40,561 bases of DNA from Sulfurimonadaceae bacterium (GCA_041571435.1 JBFFUI010000017.1:1-40561); one strand, 5' to 3'. Positions 19,630 to 28,919 are shown, counted from the stretch's first letter. Made by a program: numbers and translations. Notes: generated by a model not told the origin, from the letters alone.

Positions 19630-19653
19630 GAGAATGCCTTCGGGCTTCTCTTA
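19627..19653 (+). terminator. Stem-loop after rpsU, TAAGAGAA-TGCC-TTCG-GGC-TTCTCTTA
   Basis: 8-bp outer stem plus GCC/GGC inner stem with UUCG loop. Confidence 0.6.
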
Positions 19654-19672
19654 ACCTCAAACACACCCCCAG

Positions 19673-20074
19673 ATGATACACTCAAAAAAAATCCTCTATA
19701 TAGACAACGATGATTTCCAGACCGAAATGCGTGCCCAGTTGTTGGTAGACACACGTCAGCACAAAGTGGATATTGCGGACTCTTTTGAGCATGTCAAAGA
19801 ACTTTACAAAAAAAACAAATATGATATTGTCATTATCGATTTTGCACGTGACTTCGGCGCACAGGGACTGAACTATATCGATGGCATGGACCCTATGCAG
19901 AAGATGATCACGATCTCGGAAAATGAAGAGTACAGCGAACAAAAAGGGTGCGACTACTGTGTCGCACATCACCAGCGCCGCCGCCTGGTGCCGCCGTTTC
20001 CTTTTCCGGAGCTTGTGCATATTGTCGAAAGTTTCGAGATGACGATCTGCGCCTACAAAAAGAAATTTCACTAA
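19673..20074 (+). CDS. Atypical single-domain receiver (CheY-like) protein
   Basis: KILYIDND and YDIVIIDF receiver motifs; CDYC insert; PPF in place of KPF. Confidence 0.65.
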   Translation: MIHSKKILYIDNDDFQTEMRAQLLVDTRQHKVDIADSFEHVKELYKKNKYDIVIIDFARDFGAQGLNYIDGMDPMQKMITISENEEYSEQKGCDYCVAHHQRRRLVPPFPFPELVHIVESFEMTICAYKKKFH

Positions 20075-20278
20075 ATAATTTCTATTGGGTCTCTCTTCGG
20101 GACTACAGCCGTCCGGTCTCTATCTAAAGAGGGATAAATCGCGTAGTGATGTCCCTCGAAACCAGAAACTATTTACGTATAGTCAGCCGCAAGACGGCTT
20201 CGCTATTTTTCATGAACCACCATCAGCCCATAAGTCATTCTAGGATAAAATATAGCAATTAAAATGCGAAGGTTTTTC

Positions 20279-21445
20279 ATGCTATTTTCAGCTCCACTCA
20301 AAAGTAATTCAAAACGTGTACTGTTGCTCGGTTCCGGTGAACTTGGCAAAGAAGTTGCTATAGAAGCGCAGCGTCTTGGTCTAGAAGTTATTGCTGTTGA
20401 CCGTTATGAGGGGGCACCTGCCCACTCTGTTGCGCATCGCTCCCATGTTGTCAACATGCAAGACGAAGAGGCGATCCTGGAGATAATCCGCCGTGAAAAA
20501 CCCGACTACATCCTGCCTGAGATCGAAGCGATCAGCATCTCCGCGCTTTTCAAAGCGGAGTCGGAAGGGTTTAACGTCATTCCAAACGCTGACGCTGTCT
20601 CCAAGACGATGAACCGTAAAAACATCCGTACCTTTGCGGCGGAAGAGCTTGGGCTCAAGACCGGACCGTACCGTTTCGTGACCACCCTTGAAGGGATGCG
20701 CCAGGCCGGTGAAGAGCTGGGCTACCCTTGTGTGGTGAAGCCGGTGATGAGTTCGTCGGGGCACGGTCAGTCGGTGATGCGTTCGGCCGACGACCTAGAA
20801 GCGTCGTGGGAGATGGCAAAAGAGGCGCGCGGCGATGCGAGTGAACTGATCGTCGAAGCCTTTGTCGACTTTGACTATGAGATCACGATGCTGACAGCGC
20901 GTAACGGCAAAGAGACCGTCTTTTGTGAGCCGATCGGTCATGAACAGCGTGACGGCGACTACGTCTTTTCATGGCAGCCGATGCGCATGAGCGAACTTGC
21001 CAAGCAGAGAGCCCAGGAGATCGCAAAAACGATCACGGACGGTCTTGGCGGCCAGGGTCTGTTTGGAGTTGAGCTGTTTGTCGAGGGCGACGAGGTCTAT
21101 TTCTCAGAAGTGAGCCCGCGCCCGCACGACACCGGTATGGTCACATTGATCACCCAGTCACAGAGTGAATTTGCCCTTCATCTTCGTGCCGTGCTGGGTC
21201 TTCCGCTTGGCTTTACTTTTTATGGCGAAGGGGCATCGGCTGCGTTTAAATCAGAGAACGATTCCCATGCGCCGGTTATTGACGTGGCGGATGAACTCTT
21301 TACTAACAACTCGTTTGTCCGCGTGTTTGGCAAACCTGAAGCACACAAAGGACGCCGCTTGGCGGTTGCGTTGGTGCTGGACAAAGTCGAAGACGCCCTG
21401 GCGCAGTCCCGACAGCTGATTACGAAGATCAGTGACCACAAATAA
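20279..21445 (+). CDS. purT: Formate-dependent phosphoribosylglycinamide formyltransferase
   Basis: [34 protein letters not shown]; start at ATG 20279 after GAAGG. Confidence 0.96.
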   Translation: MLFSAPLKSNSKRVLLLGSGELGKEVAIEAQRLGLEVIAVDRYEGAPAHSVAHRSHVVNMQDEEAILEIIRREKPDYILPEIEAISISALFKAESEGFNVIPNADAVSKTMNRKNIRTFAAEELGLKTGPYRFVTTLEGMRQAGEELGYPCVVKPVMSSSGHGQSVMRSADDLEASWEMAKEARGDASELIVEAFVDFDYEITMLTARNGKETVFCEPIGHEQRDGDYVFSWQPMRMSELAKQRAQEIAKTITDGLGGQGLFGVELFVEGDEVYFSEVSPRPHDTGMVTLITQSQSEFALHLRAVLGLPLGFTFYGEGASAAFKSENDSHAPVIDVADELFTNNSFVRVFGKPEAHKGRRLAVALVLDKVEDALAQSRQLITKISDHK

Positions 21446-22037
21446 TCTCGAAGCCTATCTCTCGCCTAATGAGGCGGTAGACAGTGACCATCCGGCTATT
21501 GTTGCCAGGGCAAAAGAGCTATCAGAAGGTCTTGAAGGCGATGAGGCGATTGCCAAAGCGTGTTTTGAGTTTGTCCGTGACAAAATCGATCACAGCGGCG
21601 ATGTTGCCTCGGAACGGGTCACCTACAGAGCCAGTGAGGTGTTAGAACATCAAACAGGCTGGTGTTATGCCAAAAGCCATCTGTTGGCTGCGCTGTTGCG
21701 TGCCAACCATATTCCGGCCGGGCTCTGTTATCAGCGTTTGAGTCATGGAGAGAGCGGTGCGCCGTACTGTCTGCACGGATTGAATGCTGTCTATCTGAAA
21801 GCGTATGGATGGTACAGGATTGATCCCAGAGGCAACAAAGAGGGTGTCGACGCCCAGTTCACGCCGCCGATTGAGAAGCTTGCGTTTTCAATCCGTGATG
21901 AGAACGAAGGCGATTTTAGAGAGATCTATGCCGAACCCTTGAAAGAGGTCGCCGATGCTTTGCAGTCCAATGCTGATTACAAGGCGATGGTGCAGAATTT
22001 TCCGGACAGAATTTTATATGAGGATGAAAAACGATGA
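21432..22037 (+). CDS. Transglutaminase-like (Cys-His-Asp) protein
   Basis: [33 protein letters not shown]. Confidence 0.9.
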   Translation: MTTNNLEAYLSPNEAVDSDHPAIVARAKELSEGLEGDEAIAKACFEFVRDKIDHSGDVASERVTYRASEVLEHQTGWCYAKSHLLAALLRANHIPAGLCYQRLSHGESGAPYCLHGLNAVYLKAYGWYRIDPRGNKEGVDAQFTPPIEKLAFSIRDENEGDFREIYAEPLKEVADALQSNADYKAMVQNFPDRILYEDEKR

Positions 22038-22963
22038 GCATGAAAATAGCGATCTTGGATGCCCTGACCTTTGGCGAGACGGACCTTAGCGGTTTCAATG
22101 AGCTGGGTGATGTTGAGATCTACCAGACAACTTCGGCAGATGAGACACTTGAACGTGTCAAAGATGCAGATGTCGTGGTCACCAACAAGGTGGTTATCGA
22201 TGCCGCTATCATGGATGCTGCGGCCAACCTGAAGCTGATCTGCATTGCGGCTACCGGGATGAACAACGTCGATCTTGATTATGCCGCACAAAAAGAGATT
22301 GCCGTTAAAAATGTAGCGGGCTACTCCACCGACTCGGTGGTCCAGCACACCTTCTCGATGCTCTTTTACATGATGGGCCATTCGCGTTATTACGATGAGT
22401 ATGTGAAATCGGGCGAGTGGCAGAAGAGCCCCGTCTTTACCAATGTCGCCAGACCGTTTTCAGAGGTCAAAGGCAAAAAGTGGGGGATCGTCGGCCTCGG
22501 TGAGATCGGCCGCGGTGTTGCCAATATTGCTAAGGCTTTCGGTGCCGAGGTGGTCTATTACTCGACATCGGGCAAAAACACCAACAGCGACTATGAGCAG
22601 ATCAGTTTTACCAAACTCTTAGAGAGCTGTGACATCATCACGATCCATGCACCGCTTAATGCACAGACAAAAGATCTTATCGGCCACTCGGAGCTGTTGA
22701 TGCTCAAAGAGGGTGCGGTGCTGCTGAACCTTGGACGCGGTGGGATCGTGACGGAGAGCGCACTGGCGGCCATCATCGATGTCAAAGAGATCTATGTCGG
22801 GCTGGATGTTCTTGAGAAAGAGCCGATGACGACACCGCATCCGTTGATGGATGTGGCGCACAAAGAGCGTCTATACATAACACCGCATATTGCCTGGACT
22901 TCGGTTGAGGCGCGAAATAAGTTGATCGCTTCGGTGATTGAGAATATAAAGAGTACTTTTTAG
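22034..22963 (+). CDS. D-2-hydroxyacid dehydrogenase (glycerate dehydrogenase-like)
   Basis: ATGMNNVD, GIVGLGEIG, NLGRG, LDV.E.EP, TPHIAW. Confidence 0.92.
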   Translation: MSMKIAILDALTFGETDLSGFNELGDVEIYQTTSADETLERVKDADVVVTNKVVIDAAIMDAAANLKLICIAATGMNNVDLDYAAQKEIAVKNVAGYSTDSVVQHTFSMLFYMMGHSRYYDEYVKSGEWQKSPVFTNVARPFSEVKGKKWGIVGLGEIGRGVANIAKAFGAEVVYYSTSGKNTNSDYEQISFTKLLESCDIITIHAPLNAQTKDLIGHSELLMLKEGAVLLNLGRGGIVTESALAAIIDVKEIYVGLDVLEKEPMTTPHPLMDVAHKERLYITPHIAWTSVEARNKLIASVIENIKSTF

Positions 22964-23087
22964 ACGGCATTGTCGTTTTTTATCCATCGGATAAACGTCG
23001 GTATGACAACTCTTTTCTCTGAGATGAGAAATTTATTGCCATAAATGAGAGCGACTTGCGTCGCACTCTAACGGTATGTCATGCAGG

Positions 23088-25364
23088 CTAGCGAAGCTTT
23101 TTTCTAACGATTTTCACCGCTTCGACCATGTTGATGAGACTTGGTTTGACCTCTTCCCATTTTCTTGTTTTAAGACCGCAATCCGGATTTATCCATAACT
23201 GCTCTTTTGGAAGTACCTCTAAGAGAAGCTCTATCTGCTGTACCATCTCCTCAACAGTTGGCACACGCGGAGAGTGGATATCGTAGACGCCCGGACCTAC
23301 CTCCTGTCTGTAGCCTACCTCCTGAAAAATCTTCAGCAGTTCATTTCCACTGCGTGCCGTCTCTATGGAGATGACATCCGCGTCCATTGCCTCGATGGTT
23401 TTGATGATGTCGTTAAACTCGCTGTAGCACATGTGGGTGTGGATCTGCGTCTCTTTTTTGGCACTGCTTACCGAGATCTTGAAGTCTCTCACTGCCCAGT
23501 TCTCATACTCGGCTATCTTTGTTTTGCGCAGAGGATACCCCTCTTTAAAGGCCGCTTCGTCCACCTGGATCATCTTGATACCGGCAGTCTGCAAGTCCTC
23601 TATCTCATCGCTGAGTGCCACGGCAATCTGTTTGGAGACCTCGCTTCTTGGCATGTCGTCGCGCACAAATGACCAGTTGAGGATGGTCACCGGACCGGTA
23701 AGCATCCCCTTCATGATCTTTTTTGTTTTGCTCTGCGCATAGCTTATCCACCTCACCGTCATCGCTTCCGGACGGCTGATATCACCGTAGATAAACGGCG
23801 GTTTGACACATCGGCTTCCGTAGCTCTGCACCCAGCCGTTCTGGCTGAACCCGTACCCGCTTAACTGCTCGCCAAAATACTCCACCATGTCGTTACGTTC
23901 CGGCTCGCCGTGGACAAGTACCTCTAAGCCGCACTCCTCCTGAAACGCCACACACTCGTCGATGTAACCTCTCATCTCCTGCTCATAGGCCTCCCGGGTT
24001 ATGGTCTGTGCTTTATAGTCGCTTCGGGCTTTGCGGATCTGCGGTGTCTGAGGAAAGGAACCTATGGTCGTCGTCGCCAAATCGGCATACCCCAAGAGTT
24101 CCCTCTGGAGTTGTATACGCTCTTCAAAAGCACCTTCGCGTTCAAATCTACATAATCCGGCGACTCTCTCCTGCACAGCTTTGTCGTGGATACGCGGTGC
24201 CGTTTTTCTTGAGATGTTCGCTGCTCTATTGGCCTGTAAAAGTGCCTGATCAACACTATTGAGACCCTCTTGCCCTTTATAAAATATTTGCGAGACAAGC
24301 GAGATCTCGTCTAGTTTCTCCACCGCATATGCAAGCCAGTTTTTCAGCTCTGCATCCATCTTCTCTTCGTATTTCAGTGTAAACGGCGTATGCAGCAGCG
24401 AACACGATGAGCTGACATAGACGCGCTCTTTCGGAATGACTGAGGCAATTGTTTCCAAAAGGTCAACTGTTTTGTCGATGTCGTTTTTCCAGATATTGCG
24501 TCCATCGACAACACCTGCCACAAGTGTCTTTCCGCTCTGTGCGATGCTCTCGAGTGAGTCTGTATTGTCAGCCCCGTAGAGAAAATCAAGCCCTATACCA
24601 AAGACAGGTGTGTGGACAAGCACGGCAGTCGCCTCTTTTGAGTGTTCAAAGTAGCTGCTGACGACGATATCGATGTTGCTAGCGACAGAGGTGAGTGTGT
24701 CGTAGGCCGGTTTGATGAGGCTTAGCACTTTCGTGTCCAGGTCTTTGGCAAAGATAGGCTCGTCGATCTGTACTAAAACCGCTTCGTCAAGTCTGCTTAT
24801 CGTCTCTAATAGTTCAACATACAGTGGCATGATCTTGGCGTAAAGCGCGTATGTGTCACCGCCGTCGACACGCTTGGAGAGTCTCAGGTAGGTCAGCGGA
24901 CCGATGATGTTGATTTTTGGTGTGATGCCAAATGCTTTAGCCTCGTTGTACTCTGCGATGATCTTGCCGGCGTCGAGTGTATACGCATCCTCAAGAGAGA
25001 GTTCCGGAACGATATAGTGGTAGTTTGTGTTGAACCACTTTGTCATCTCCATAGCTGTTGTTGTCTTGGTCCCACGGGCCATCGCAAAATAGAGCTCTTC
25101 ATCTCTAAGCCCCCGAAATCTTTTCGGTACAGCACCCAGCATCACGGAGGTATCGAGCATGTTGTCGTAGAGCGAGAAGTCGTTGCAGCTTATGCACTCT
25201 ATTCCTGCATTACGTTGATACTCCCAGTGGCGCTGTTTCAGCTGTAAAGCTGTTTTTTGGACCTCGCTAAAGGCCGTCTCTTTTGCCCAGAAGCGCTCCA
25301 ATACTCTCTTTAACTCTCTTTGTTCCCCTATTCTCGGGAATCCTACTACGTAATTTTTTGACAT
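23088..25364 (-). CDS. metE: Cobalamin-independent methionine synthase
   Basis: GFPRIG..RELK, KWFNTNYHY, HGEPERNDMVEYF, HTHMCYSEF, WINPDCGLKTR. Confidence 0.97.
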   Translation of the reverse strand: MSKNYVVGFPRIGEQRELKRVLERFWAKETAFSEVQKTALQLKQRHWEYQRNAGIECISCNDFSLYDNMLDTSVMLGAVPKRFRGLRDEELYFAMARGTKTTTAMEMTKWFNTNYHYIVPELSLEDAYTLDAGKIIAEYNEAKAFGITPKINIIGPLTYLRLSKRVDGGDTYALYAKIMPLYVELLETISRLDEAVLVQIDEPIFAKDLDTKVLSLIKPAYDTLTSVASNIDIVVSSYFEHSKEATAVLVHTPVFGIGLDFLYGADNTDSLESIAQSGKTLVAGVVDGRNIWKNDIDKTVDLLETIASVIPKERVYVSSSCSLLHTPFTLKYEEKMDAELKNWLAYAVEKLDEISLVSQIFYKGQEGLNSVDQALLQANRAANISRKTAPRIHDKAVQERVAGLCRFEREGAFEERIQLQRELLGYADLATTTIGSFPQTPQIRKARSDYKAQTITREAYEQEMRGYIDECVAFQEECGLEVLVHGEPERNDMVEYFGEQLSGYGFSQNGWVQSYGSRCVKPPFIYGDISRPEAMTVRWISYAQSKTKKIMKGMLTGPVTILNWSFVRDDMPRSEVSKQIAVALSDEIEDLQTAGIKMIQVDEAAFKEGYPLRKTKIAEYENWAVRDFKISVSSAKKETQIHTHMCYSEFNDIIKTIEAMDADVISIETARSGNELLKIFQEVGYRQEVGPGVYDIHSPRVPTVEEMVQQIELLLEVLPKEQLWINPDCGLKTRKWEEVKPSLINMVEAVKIVRKKLR

Positions 25365-25473
25365 ATTTTTATCCTTATAATTTAAAAAGGTTCAATATAC
25401 GCTGCTCTTCATGGCATGTAGAAGGTTCACGCCAAAAAAGGACGCGTAAAAAACAGTGGTGTTATGAAAAATG

Positions 25474-25809
25474 TTAAAGGGTAAAAAGAGGTGGGTGTAC
25501 GCCCGTTCGGCGAAATGCGAAACAGACAGTGTAGTAGGGGCAGCGCGGGATAAAATGGTTTAAAAGGAGGATCAGACGTACGCGGATCTTAAAAAAACAG
25601 TTGCAATGGCAGGGCTTATCGCTCTGTAGAAGAGTCGTTGCCAGAAGATCATCGGGAGGTGACTCCTCCTCTTGTTCATCACTTGAGAGCTTTGAAAAGA
25701 AGTACTCCTGTGCAGAAGCAACCTGACTTTCGAGTCTGCCTGAGACACTGTAGGCAAGGATGGCAGAGAGACGAAAATAGTTTTTACCAAAGCCGCGAGG
25801 TCTTCTCAC
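25474..25809 (-). CDS. Putative upstream ORF/leader protein of metE (111 aa, Cys-rich, ends RRTGVHPPLFTL)
   Basis: GTG start 6 nt after AAGGA, downstream of TATAAT (25837-25842); fills most of the 510-bp gap before metE. Confidence 0.55.
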   Translation of the reverse strand: MRRPRGFGKNYFRLSAILAYSVSGRLESQVASAQEYFFSKLSSDEQEEESPPDDLLATTLLQSDKPCHCNCFFKIRVRLILLLNHFIPRCPYYTVCFAFRRTGVHPPLFTL

Positions 25810-25836
25810 TTGCCATCCTTTTTAAAAATTTGCGCC

Positions 25837-25842
25837 ATTATA
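25837..25842 (-). promoter_or_regulatory. -10 box (TATAAT) for the uORF-metE transcript
   Basis: Consensus TATAAT on the minus strand about 27 nt upstream of the uORF start. Confidence 0.65.
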
Positions 25843-25874
25843 ACCGATTTTGCAGTCTGCAGTATTGAAAAAGA

Positions 25875-26231
25875 CTATTTTCCAAAAAGTCGGGCAAAGA
25901 ACCCTTTCCCCTGCGCTTTTTTTACCATCCGGATATAGCGGTCTATCGAGGCCGCACCCACTTCGTAATCTTTAACCATCTTGTCCTTTGCACCGATGCT
26001 GACGCAAAACGGCACGGAACCGATCTCATATTTCTTGGCCAGACGCGGATTTTGTGTCACATCGACTTTGGCGATGATCGCTTCGTCTTTGAAGTAGTTG
26101 TCTAGGTGGGGCAGGTTGGCAAGCACCTCCTGGCACGGCCCGCACATCGGCGAGTAAAAATCGATAAAGATCGCTTTGTCACTGTTTTCGACCAGCTCGA
26201 CATAGCTTTCATCACTCAGTTCTATAACCAT
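25875..26231 (-). CDS. Thioredoxin family protein
   Basis: FIDFYSPMCGPC, AKVDV, cis-Pro SVP. Confidence 0.9.
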   Translation of the reverse strand: MVIELSDESYVELVENSDKAIFIDFYSPMCGPCQEVLANLPHLDNYFKDEAIIAKVDVTQNPRLAKKYEIGSVPFCVSIGAKDKMVKDYEVGAASIDRYIRMVKKAQGKGFFARLFGK

Positions 26232-27130
26232 TTAATAACCTCCACAGCAATAAATACGACACCCAGAAACATCACCGATGTCAAAAAGACCAGTGCGGTG
26301 ATATCTTTCGGTTTGCAGTTGTACAGGGATCCCAGATTGACATTGGCGACAGCCAGCGGCATGATGAGCTCCATAAACAGGATGCCTTTGATCATTGAGT
26401 CCATTTCGACCTGTGACAGCAGTGCAAAGGTGATAAGGGGAAGAAGTATGAACTTGACGCTGCTGACCCAGCCGACGAGCATGCGATTGATGGTCGTGAT
26501 CTTGACATCATAGAGATAGATCCCGAAAAGGACCAGTTGCATCACCATGGAAGCGTAGGCTCCCATCTGAAGCCCTTTTTCAACGACCTCTGATGGCTGG
26601 TAACCGAAGAGATTGAGGGCGATCGCGATAAATGCGGCCCAGATGATCGGGATCTTTAAAATGTTGATGAGAGAGGTGCGTACGTTGAAACTGCCGCGCG
26701 AGTAGAAGTAGACACCGGCGATGTAGACGAAAAAGACGTTGACCAGGTTGATGATGGTGGTGTAGGGGATACTCTCTTCACCGAAGATAGCGATTCCCAG
26801 AGGAATACCGAGATTTCCGGTGTTTCCGATCAGGGCCGAAACGGTTGCGATGGAACGCTCTTTTGTGTCTGTAAAAAGTGCACGCGCGATAATGACACTG
26901 AATGCCAGTGCCGCCATGACGATAACAAAATAGAGCGCCGGTGCATAGACGAGGGTCGTATCGATAGGGCGTTTTAACAGCCCCCAAAACGTTAAAAAGA
27001 TCTGCAGAAAGTAGACCGACAAAAGGGTGATCGTGCGGTCGTCGATCTGCTCTTTGAAGGTACGTTTGGCAATGTAGCCGACGGCAATAAAAATATAGAT
27101 GCCGAGTACGGAGATCAATATAGAGTTCAT
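26222..27130 (-). CDS. AEC (auxin efflux carrier) family transporter
   Basis: About 10 TM helices, GNTGNLGIP, MPLAV motif. Confidence 0.9.
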   Translation of the reverse strand: MNSILISVLGIYIFIAVGYIAKRTFKEQIDDRTITLLSVYFLQIFLTFWGLLKRPIDTTLVYAPALYFVIVMAALAFSVIIARALFTDTKERSIATVSALIGNTGNLGIPLGIAIFGEESIPYTTIINLVNVFFVYIAGVYFYSRGSFNVRTSLINILKIPIIWAAFIAIALNLFGYQPSEVVEKGLQMGAYASMVMQLVLFGIYLYDVKITTINRMLVGWVSSVKFILLPLITFALLSQVEMDSMIKGILFMELIMPLAVANVNLGSLYNCKPKDITALVFLTSVMFLGVVFIAVEVIKWL

Positions 27131-27169
27131 AGCGGTATTGTAGTTTGTTGCCGGTTAGTTTTGGGTTAG
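27131..27169 (-). promoter_or_regulatory. AEC promoter: CTAACC-N5-CTAACC plus -10 TACAAT 6 nt before ATG
   Basis: Second copy of the dnaG upstream element. Confidence 0.65.
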
Positions 27170-27286
27170 CGAAGGACCCTGTCCAAGAGGAATCATAATT
27201 GCATTAAATTTTTTATGAGCAAAAGTTTGACAGCCAACTCTAACAGTCTCTAAAGTAGAATGACAAAAATCAGCCAAAGGAACGGT

Positions 27287-28918
27287 GTGATCGATGTATT
27301 AGTAATAGGCAGCGGTGGTGCGGGCATGGTAGCGGCACTCGCTGCAAAAGAAGCAGGTGCAAGTGTTGCCGTTGTCTCCAAGACATACCCGACGCGCTCA
27401 CAGACCAGTATGGCACAAGGCGGTATCAATGCCTCTATCGGTGAGGAGGACAGTGTTGCCGCCCATATCGCCGACACTGTGAAGTCATCACAGGGGCTAG
27501 GCGACGAAACGGCGATCGACAAACTGTGTCGTGAAGGGGTCGAAGCGGTGGCCTGGCTGGATGCTATCGGTGTCCCTTTTTCGCGTTCTGCGGAGAGCAA
27601 GATAGCGCAGCGCCGTCTGGGCGGTGCGAGTGCAGACCGTGCCTGCTATGCGCAGGATTATACCGGACTCAAGATCCTCCATACGCTCTATGACAGCTGC
27701 TTGAAAGCGGGGATAGAGTTTCATAATGAGCGGTTCCTGATGGAGCTGATCGTTGATGAAAGCAGTGACAAGCGACGGGTCTGCGGTGCGGTCTTCAAAG
27801 ATCTCAAAAACGGTGAACTCAAAAGTTTCTACGCCAAGACAGTGATCATGGCAACAGGCGGTTACAGCCGTGTGTATGACCAATACTCGACCAATGCAAC
27901 CGGTTCGACAGGTGACGGTCTTGCAGCCGCTCTGCGGGCGGGCGCACTGTTGAGTGATATGGAGTTTGTGCAGTTCCACCCCACAGGACTGAAAAATGCT
28001 TCGATCCTGATCTCGGAGTCGGCTCGCGGGGCAGGCGGACACCTCTTGAATGCAGAGGGCGAGCGCTTTACCGATGAACTGCAGCCGCGCGATGCGCTAT
28101 CGCGTGCCATCGATGAGGAGATCAAGAAGAGCGGCGCGGTCTTTTTGGACATTCGTCATCTGGGCGAGAATTTCATTGACCATGAGCTGCCGCAGGAACG
28201 CAAGCTTGCAAAGCTGTATGAGAATGTCGATCCTGTTACCGATGTTATCCCCATAAAACCGGTGGCGCACTACACAATGGGCGGTATCGCTGTTGATGCC
28301 AATGCGCAGAGCACGCTTGCCGGGCTTTTTGCCGCCGGTGAGTGTGCCAACCACAACGTGCACGGGGCGAACCGTCTTGGTGGTAACTCCCTGTTGGAGT
28401 TGATCGTATTCGGAAAAGAGGCCGGCCGCAGTGCTGCAGAGGCCGCAAAAGTGCTTGAGATGGCTGCTGTCAACGATACCGCTTTAGCAGACGTTACAAA
28501 AGAGATCGAAGCGGTCATGGCCTACACCAACGAGGTCGACTTCTATCAGAAGCGGACGGAGCTCGGGGAACTGTTTTACAGGTATGCGGGGATAGAGCGC
28601 AGCGAAAAAGGGCTGATGACGGCACTTGAGCAGGTCCATGCGATGAAGCATGAGCTGCCGAAGATGGGGGTATCAGACAGGGAAACTGCCTATAACACCA
28701 ACCTTATGGAGTTTGTGGAGTTTACCAACATGCTGACGCTGGCGGAAACGATGTTGGCCGCGATGCTGGAGCGCAGGGAGAGCCGCGGTGCCCACGCCCG
28801 ATCCGATTTCAGCGAACGCAATGACGAAGCGTACAAGCGTCACAGTGCAGCGTTGCTGCATAACAGGCGTGTGGAGATAGCATTCCCACAGGCGGATGCG
28901 AAAGAGCAGGAGGTGTAA
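27287..28918 (+). CDS. Fumarate reductase/succinate dehydrogenase flavoprotein subunit (FrdA/SdhA/TfrA-like)
   Basis: GSGGAG, AQGG, QFHPT, ELQPRD, HYTMGG, HGANRLGGNSL, RRESRGAH. Likely GTG start 27287 after AAGGA (ORF track 27260). Confidence 0.92.
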   Translation: MIDVLVIGSGGAGMVAALAAKEAGASVAVVSKTYPTRSQTSMAQGGINASIGEEDSVAAHIADTVKSSQGLGDETAIDKLCREGVEAVAWLDAIGVPFSRSAESKIAQRRLGGASADRACYAQDYTGLKILHTLYDSCLKAGIEFHNERFLMELIVDESSDKRRVCGAVFKDLKNGELKSFYAKTVIMATGGYSRVYDQYSTNATGSTGDGLAAALRAGALLSDMEFVQFHPTGLKNASILISESARGAGGHLLNAEGERFTDELQPRDALSRAIDEEIKKSGAVFLDIRHLGENFIDHELPQERKLAKLYENVDPVTDVIPIKPVAHYTMGGIAVDANAQSTLAGLFAAGECANHNVHGANRLGGNSLLELIVFGKEAGRSAAEAAKVLEMAAVNDTALADVTKEIEAVMAYTNEVDFYQKRTELGELFYRYAGIERSEKGLMTALEQVHAMKHELPKMGVSDRETAYNTNLMEFVEFTNMLTLAETMLAAMLERRESRGAHARSDFSERNDEAYKRHSAALLHNRRVEIAFPQADAKEQEV

Positions 28919-28919
28919 G

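Noticed and set aside
20085-20263. ZTP (pfl) or purine riboswitch upstream of purT
   Set aside because: No GACTGG/CGCCTGGGC pseudoknot elements or purine aptamer core, and the likely purT -10 lies downstream of the structure.
22964-23087. Several short hairpins between the dehydrogenase and metE
   Set aside because: Consistent with ordinary terminators of convergent genes; no further signal.
25590-25640. Cobalamin riboswitch upstream of metE (GCAACTGT match)
   Set aside because: Lacks the GGGAA..GGTG.AA.CC core and the B12 box (GCCAG.AGACC).
27287-28918. L-aspartate oxidase (nadB)
   Set aside because: Coupled to an Fe-S subunit and has the GGNSL rather than ASNSL motif.
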